A DNA stretch of 44,442 nucleotides from positions 1 through 44,442 of the forward strand of contig JASGGF010000002.1 of NCBI GenBank assembly GCA_047605145.1, given 5' to 3'. The position numbers and the translations under genes were made by a program. Shown here piece after piece: positions 39,371-44,442 of this stretch (positions are counted from its first letter, which is position 1; each line of letters starts with the position of its first letter). The notes under the pieces are model-generated. The model saw only the letters and a list, made by a program, of their open reading frames with translations. It did not search any database and was not told the origin of the DNA. The DNA is from Thermomicrobiales bacterium (GTDB lineage Bacteria > Chloroflexota > Chloroflexia > Thermomicrobiales > UBA6265).

Positions 39371-41023
39371 ATGCTCTATTCACGGCGCCTCCTGGCTGTC
39401 GTCCTTGTCCTGTTCACCATCGCCATTGCCGGAGGCCCAGCGTGGGCCCAGAGCGAAGCCAGCTTGCCGCCAGGCATCCTTGCGCTGGAAGTGGACGGCC
39501 AGTCGATCAACTCGCTCACGAGCCCGGTCACCGACTCCTCGACGCCGGAGGTTTCCGGCCGTGCCGATGGCACAGTGACCAGCATCACGTTGAGCATCTC
39601 CAACGCTGAGGAAACTCGCTTCGCGGCGCCGATCAGCACCGGCGGCCGCTTTCGCGCCACGCCGCCGCAAGAGCTGCCAGACGGCGAATACACGCTTGCG
39701 GTAAATGATGTGCAGGCGGGGACGTTTACGATCAGCGGAGGTGTATCTGGCGATCGCCGGCCGGGAGCCTTGCTCGATATCGCCCGCGTGACGCCGTATC
39801 CCGCCGACGCCGCTGAGTCGCTGCCGGCGCTGGCATTCCTTGATGGACGCTTCTACTCGCTCGCCGACGAAGCCGCTCGGGTGGCTGCGCGTAATCCGAA
39901 CGGACCAGCGGCCCGGGAGATCGAACGCCAGTTGGCTATGGCGGGCTGGCTGCAACGCTACGAGAGCCGGCTGGCCGTCCCCAACGCTGACCAGCCGCGC
40001 CGGTTCGACGTCCAGATCTCTTCCTTCGTGGTGGAGTACGCCTCAGGAGCCGATGCCCGAACGGCGTTTGACTCGCTGGACTCGCCGGGTGAGGTGGAGT
40101 TCGAGACCGTCGGCGATGAGTCGCAACTCACGCTGCTGGCAGGCGAGACGCCCGACACTGGCGGGGCGTATCAGGCGGCACGCCTGGTGTTTCGGGTCGG
40201 TCCCCTGCTCTGCGTCATCGTCTACGCGGATTTGCAGAACCAGCCGCCTGATCTGACCCTGCTGGGCAACATCGGCAGCGCCGTAGCCGCCCGGGGAGGC
40301 CTGGTTGCGGACCGGCAAGTGACGCCGCTGGGCAGCATGGCGTTGCGCCTGGATCTTGAAACGGCAATAGCCGACCCGGCGGTCGAAGCGCTCTATGAAA
40401 ACCGGGCCGGGGCGCTGACGGCGATCTTCGGCGAAGAGGAGACCACACGCGCCGCGCGTGCCGAACTGCTCAGCGCCACTACCGATGCCTTCAGCACGAC
40501 CACCAGCGGGACGTTCACGCGCGATGAGGATTCGCGGCTCGGCCGGCGGACAGTACCCAGCGCCACACCGTTGCCAGAAGTAGCTGCCGGTACAGCCATC
40601 GCTGCTGGCGACGACGCCAGCGCGACGACGTCGGTCATGGTGCAGACCGCACTCTATGCTTTTGCCTCGGAGGACGAGGCATCCTCATGGTTGGCAAACG
40701 AGCGACAGCGACTCGCTGCCGCGCCGCCGGGCATCACGCAGTACACCCCGCTCACCGATGCGCCCGCGCTCGCCGATCAGGCCGCAGTGCTGGCCGCCTC
40801 CACCACAACGGACAGCGGTGAGCAGTTCGAGGGGTACCGCATCCTGACGCGCTCCGGGGGTATCGTGGCCATGTTGGATGTGCAGAGCAATCCGGGCGTG
40901 TCGTTGCGCGGGGCGGTTGGGATGATGGAAGATCAGCTCGCCTGCATCGAAGCTCAGGGGTGCGCCGGAGCCACATCGTTGCCTGGCAGCATGTTCGGGG
41001 GCCGTGACCGGCCGGAAGGCTAA
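39371..41023 (+). CDS. secreted protein of unknown function (550 aa) with an Ig-like N-terminal region
   Basis: GGAGG lies upstream of the ATG. It has a Sec-type signal RRLLAVVLVLFTIAIAGGPAWA-QS. No catalytic motif recognised. Confidence 0.6.
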   Translation: MLYSRRLLAVVLVLFTIAIAGGPAWAQSEASLPPGILALEVDGQSINSLTSPVTDSSTPEVSGRADGTVTSITLSISNAEETRFAAPISTGGRFRATPPQELPDGEYTLAVNDVQAGTFTISGGVSGDRRPGALLDIARVTPYPADAAESLPALAFLDGRFYSLADEAARVAARNPNGPAAREIERQLAMAGWLQRYESRLAVPNADQPRRFDVQISSFVVEYASGADARTAFDSLDSPGEVEFETVGDESQLTLLAGETPDTGGAYQAARLVFRVGPLLCVIVYADLQNQPPDLTLLGNIGSAVAARGGLVADRQVTPLGSMALRLDLETAIADPAVEALYENRAGALTAIFGEEETTRAARAELLSATTDAFSTTTSGTFTRDEDSRLGRRTVPSATPLPEVAAGTAIAAGDDASATTSVMVQTALYAFASEDEASSWLANERQRLAAAPPGITQYTPLTDAPALADQAAVLAASTTTDSGEQFEGYRILTRSGGIVAMLDVQSNPGVSLRGAVGMMEDQLACIEAQGCAGATSLPGSMFGGRDRPEG

Positions 41024-41042
41024 TCGCCGCCCGGCTCTGACG

Positions 41043-41606
41043 TCATATATCCTCTGGCCGCAGGCCGGACGGCCGCCGCGCGATCCCGATGGAGCGGTCA
41101 TAGCGCAACCGCCGCTCAGGATCGGAGAGCTCGTCCTTCGCCTCAAGAATGTCACGCATGCGTGCCGCCGCGTCCGGCTCGGTTGAGGTATCAGGGTGGT
41201 ACTTTCGGGCGAGGCGACGGAAGGCAGCGTCAATCACTTCCGGGTCGGCCGCCGGATCAACCTGCAGCACCTGGTAGTAGGTCCGCTTGTTCGGCCCCGT
41301 TGTTGGACCGAGGGCGGCTCCCAGCCGTCGCAGACGCGCCAGCAGCTCCTCTTCCGTCATCAACTGGTTGGCGAACTCTTGCCGCGATTCTGCGGGCACC
41401 GCAAATCGCTGCATGCAGGTCCGGCATTCCAACACCATCTGGTCGCGGAACGCCACCGTTGGAATGGAGTAGACCGTCACCTTGCGTTTCGCATCGAACG
41501 CGACGAACGGCCCGGTCGCCTTGCATTTCTGGCACGTCAGCAGCAGGAAGCCGCGCGGCTCCATGTAGTCCTTGGCGCTGAGGCCGTAGAGAAGAGGAAG
41601 CACCAT
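41043..41606 (-). CDS. zinc-ribbon protein with a C-terminal J (DnaJ) domain
   Basis: The C-terminal YYQVLQVDPAADPEVIDAAFRRLARKYHPD ... LSDPERRLRYD contains the HPD tripeptide. The N-terminal part has CQKC...(34 aa)...CRTC. The alternative start M15 (41564) has AAGGA 4 nt upstream. Confidence 0.75.
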   Translation of the reverse strand: MVLPLLYGLSAKDYMEPRGFLLLTCQKCKATGPFVAFDAKRKVTVYSIPTVAFRDQMVLECRTCMQRFAVPAESRQEFANQLMTEEELLARLRRLGAALGPTTGPNKRTYYQVLQVDPAADPEVIDAAFRRLARKYHPDTSTEPDAAARMRDILEAKDELSDPERRLRYDRSIGIARRPSGLRPEDI

Positions 41607-41670
41607 GGGGGAATCAGTCGTTTCCTGTCAGCTGGCGAACGGCTGGTCTCGTGCTGTCGATGATACCCCG

Positions 41671-42696
41671 TCAGCTTGCTGAGTGAACGAGCTCCACCGT
41701 CCGCGCGAGGTTGGCCGGGTCCGTCTCCGGCAGAATGCCGTGACCCAGGTTAAAAATGTGGCCCGGCGCTTCGGCGGCCTCCTCCAGAATCCCCCGGGAC
41801 GCCGCCTCCACGACCGGCCACGGCGCCAGCATCAGCGCCGGATCGAGGTTCCCCTGGACCGCAACGTTCGCAGGCAGCCGATTCCGTGCGTCAGCAATAG
41901 ACGTCCGCCAATCCAGGCTCACGACCTGGCAGCCACTGCGGCCGATGTCACCGAGCAACGTGTCCGTGCCGGTGCTGAAGTGAATGGCCGGCGCTAACGG
42001 GCTGACGGCGGCGAAGATTTCCCGCGTGTACGGCAACACCGACTGCCTGAAGGTCTCGCGGTCTAGAAGGCCCAGCCATGAGTCGAACAGTTGCACGGCG
42101 TCGGCGCCGGCCCGCGCCTGCTCGGTCAGGTAGTCTACGGTCACTGCGGTCAACCGCTGCATGAGCGCGTGCCAAAGCTCGGGCGCGCCGTAGAGCATCG
42201 CCTTGGCGCGCGGGAACTCCCGCGAGGGCTTGCCCTCGACGAGATAGCACGCCAGGGTGAACGGCGCCCCGGCGAACCCAAGCAGCGCGGCTCGTTCGCC
42301 CAACTCGCCGCGCAGCAGGCGCAAAGCCTCCATCACGTATGGCACGCTCTCGATTGCGGGCCGCAACTCCAGCCGCGCAATATCCTCCGCCGTCCTGATC
42401 GGCGCCGCGATGACCGGCCCGACGCCCGGTTTGATCTCGAACGGAACCCCAAGACACGCCAACGGCAACATGATGTCGGCGAACAACACGGCGGCATCGA
42501 CGCCCAGTAGGTCAACAGGCAGCATTGTCGCCGCCGCCGCCAGTTCCGGCGTGGTGGCCATCTCCATGAACGAGTGCCGTAGCCGCATCGCCCGGTACTC
42601 GGGGAGGCAACGGCCGGCCTGGCGCATAAACCAGACCGGCGTGCAGTCGGTCACCTCACCAGCCGCCGCCGCCAGAAATCGTTGGCGGCCGGTCAT
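41671..42696 (-). CDS. hemE: uroporphyrinogen decarboxylase
   Basis: TPVWFMRQAGRCLPEYR, FDSW and NLGHGI are present. The ATG at 42696 gives a homologue-typical N-terminus. The ORF also has an ATG at 42750 that would overlap hemB by 13 nt. Confidence 0.9.
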   Translation of the reverse strand: MTGRQRFLAAAAGEVTDCTPVWFMRQAGRCLPEYRAMRLRHSFMEMATTPELAAAATMLPVDLLGVDAAVLFADIMLPLACLGVPFEIKPGVGPVIAAPIRTAEDIARLELRPAIESVPYVMEALRLLRGELGERAALLGFAGAPFTLACYLVEGKPSREFPRAKAMLYGAPELWHALMQRLTAVTVDYLTEQARAGADAVQLFDSWLGLLDRETFRQSVLPYTREIFAAVSPLAPAIHFSTGTDTLLGDIGRSGCQVVSLDWRTSIADARNRLPANVAVQGNLDPALMLAPWPVVEAASRGILEEAAEAPGHIFNLGHGILPETDPANLARTVELVHSAS

Positions 42697-42737
42697 GGCT
42701 GCCTGGGCCGTCGCCGTAGTCTCAGACTGGGTCAGGT

Positions 42738-43793
42738 CTAGTCTCCCCATTCACTGCGCACGTCGATGCGCCGGGAGGCGCCCAGGCGGCCCTCCCGCAG
42801 CCAGCGCACGGCATCCTTGGCGTGGTAGGTGATGATGCGGTCAGCGCCTGCCCGCTTGATCGAGGTCAGCGTTTCGAGCGTAGTCCGGCGCTCGTCAAGC
42901 CAGCCAAGCTGCGCCGCCGCCTTGATCATGGCGTACTCGCCGGAGACGTTGTACGCGAAGATCGGCACGTTGAAGGTATCCCGCGCCATCCGGATGACAT
43001 CGAGGTACGCCAGCGCCGGCTTGACGATCACCATATCGGCGCCTTCGTCCAAATCGATGTCGATCTCGCGCATGGCCTCGCGCGCGTTGGCGGGGTCCAT
43101 CTGGTGGGAGCGCCGATCACCGAAAGCCGGCATGCTGCCGGCGGCCTCGCGGAACGGCCCGTAGAACGCCGAGGCATATTTCACCGCGTAGGACATGATC
43201 GGCAGGTTGATGAAGCCTGCCTCGTCCAACGCTGCCCGGATGGCGCCCACGCGGCCGTCCATCATGTCCGATGGCGCGATGACGTCCGCTCCCGCCTGCG
43301 CCTGACTGACTGCCACGCGCGTCAGGAGCTCGACCGTGCGGTCGTTGTCCACCTCGCAGCCATCGAGGATGCCGCAGTGGCCGTGGTCGGTGTACTCGCA
43401 CGCGCACACGTCGCCGATGGTCACCAGCTCCGGGTTCTCGCTCTTGATCACCCGCAGCGCCTGCTGAATGATGCCCTCGGGGTCGTAGGCGCCGCTGGCC
43501 TGACTATCTTTCTCTTCGGGGATGCCGAACAGCAGGACACCCCCGATGCCAAGCTCTGACAGCTCTTCCAGTTCGCGCGGCAGTTGATCCAGCGAGAGCT
43601 GAAACTGCCCGGGCATCGACAGGATTTCGTGGCGCACGTTGAACCCGTGTGACACAAACAGCGGGAGCACAAAGTCTTCCGGCACCAGGCGCGTCTCACG
43701 CACCATGGTGCGCAGCGACTCGCTGCCCCGCAAGCGCCGCGTTCGGCGCACGCTGTTCATGCTTCCCGGTACGACGCCTCTCGTGTCGGTCAT
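42738..43793 (-). CDS. hemB: porphobilinogen synthase (delta-aminolevulinate dehydratase), zinc-type
   Basis: RRLR...LR..VRET.L...D.VLPLFV opens the protein. It has the cysteine-rich metal site [14 protein letters not shown] and the active-site Lys blocks ([15 protein letters not shown]). Its ATG overlaps the hemD stop (ATGA). Confidence 0.95.
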   Translation of the reverse strand: MTDTRGVVPGSMNSVRRTRRLRGSESLRTMVRETRLVPEDFVLPLFVSHGFNVRHEILSMPGQFQLSLDQLPRELEELSELGIGGVLLFGIPEEKDSQASGAYDPEGIIQQALRVIKSENPELVTIGDVCACEYTDHGHCGILDGCEVDNDRTVELLTRVAVSQAQAGADVIAPSDMMDGRVGAIRAALDEAGFINLPIMSYAVKYASAFYGPFREAAGSMPAFGDRRSHQMDPANAREAMREIDIDLDEGADMVIVKPALAYLDVIRMARDTFNVPIFAYNVSGEYAMIKAAAQLGWLDERRTTLETLTSIKRAGADRIITYHAKDAVRWLREGRLGASRRIDVRSEWGD

Positions 43794-44442
43794 CGCCCTG
43801 CCATCCTTTCACTCGAATACATGGAATCGCTCAAGGCAACGGGTTCGGCCAGAACTCGTCGCTGGGTCCAGAACTCCGCCACTGCATCGGCTATCGCCTC
43901 GGCGCCGGGGTCCCGGCTGACCGCCGCGACGGCAAACCCGGCAGTGCGGGCAGCTTCGGCAGTCACCGTTCCCGCGCAGACAGCCGGGATTGCGGCTGCG
44001 GCGCTCCACCCATCCCCCAGCAGCGTGCGCAATCCGCTGATGGCGGACGGCGAGGAGAAGAGCAGCGCATCAACCTGCCGGTTGCGCACGAGGTCGTGAA
44101 TAACTGGGTCACTGTGGGTCTCGGGTAGCGTGCGGTAGGCATCGACCACGTGGAGTGGCACGCCGCATCCGCGCAGCGCAGCCGGGAAATCTTCGCGCCC
44201 GGTTGCCGAGCGGGGAAACAGCACGCGATCGTCGGGTGTCAACCGGGGCAGCAACGCCGCCGCCAGCGCCTGCGCGGTTGCCTGCGCTGGCCTGATCTCG
44301 ACCGCGAAACCTGCTTCCCGCGCGGCCTGCGCAGTGGCGGCGCCCACAGCAGCGACCCGCACCGCTTGCAGGTCAGCGACCGCAAGGCCCAACGCGTGCG
44401 CCCGGCTGCCAACGGCATCCACCGCGTTCACGCTCGTCAACA
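43790..44442 (-). CDS. hemD: uroporphyrinogen-III synthase, C-terminal part (5' end beyond the window)
   Basis: The frame is open to the window edge. TSVNAVDA ... [17 protein letters not shown] ... VLFPRS ... VDAYRT ... LLFSSPSA is the two-lobed HemD repeat pattern. It lies directly upstream of hemB-hemE. Confidence 0.8.
   Translation of the reverse strand, partial: LTSVNAVDAVGSRAHALGLAVADLQAVRVAAVGAATAQAAREAGFAVEIRPAQATAQALAAALLPRLTPDDRVLFPRSATGREDFPAALRGCGVPLHVVDAYRTLPETHSDPVIHDLVRNRQVDALLFSSPSAISGLRTLLGDGWSAAAAIPAVCAGTVTAEAARTAGFAVAAVSRDPGAEAIADAVAEFWTQRRVLAEPVALSDSMYSSERMAGR

Noticed and set aside
42697-42750. Longer hemE start at 42750 overlapping hemB by 13 nt
   Set aside because: The extra 18 residues have no counterpart in typical HemE N-termini, where about 20 aa precede TPVW. 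The ATG at 42696 matches that spacing. The longer start cannot be excluded without data.

Overview
GC-rich chromosomal segment (about two-thirds G+C by eye, not computed). It is tightly packed, with about 48 protein-coding genes and one tRNA-Arg(UCG), and is almost entirely core housekeeping. Recognisable genes in order: SpoIIE-like phosphatase fragment, small P-loop protein, Lon-N-domain protein, family-5 ABC solute-binding protein, GNAT, aroC, SAM methyltransferase, smpB, Dabb protein, tRNA-Arg, cinA, ybeY, yqeY-like, HIT, mutM, osmC-like. Next come an ALDH / Gfo-Idh-MocA / GMC oxidoreductase operon, acnA, HAD hydrolase, trmD, recO and a complete System II cytochrome c maturation cluster (ccdA-resB-ccsB-resA). 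These are followed by yvcK-gap-pgk-secG, tatA, lepB, a bifunctional-nuclease-domain protein, a NuoE/NuoF-like pair, ornithine cyclodeaminase-family protein, dxs, rsmG, DUF402, a large secreted protein, a J-domain protein and hemE-hemB-hemD. I saw no CRISPR array, transposase, integrase, phage genes or rRNA, and this does not look like an accessory island. Gene order and signals suggest a high-GC Terrabacteria lineage, Chloroflexota/Thermomicrobia-like or actinobacteria-like; this is inference only. The most unusual element is a twin-arginine-signal, histidine-free protein made of four 8-cysteine modules (25007..25756), next to the cytochrome c maturation genes. Secondary candidates are an orphan NuoEF-like module with altered NADH/FMN motifs, a nuclease-domain/zinc-ribbon gene pair sharing an acidic C-terminal motif, a zinc-ribbon protein with a C-terminal J domain, a 550-aa secreted protein with an internal duplication, and several promoters placed to give leaderless mRNAs. 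All product calls rest on my reading of the translated ORFs; no database search was run.
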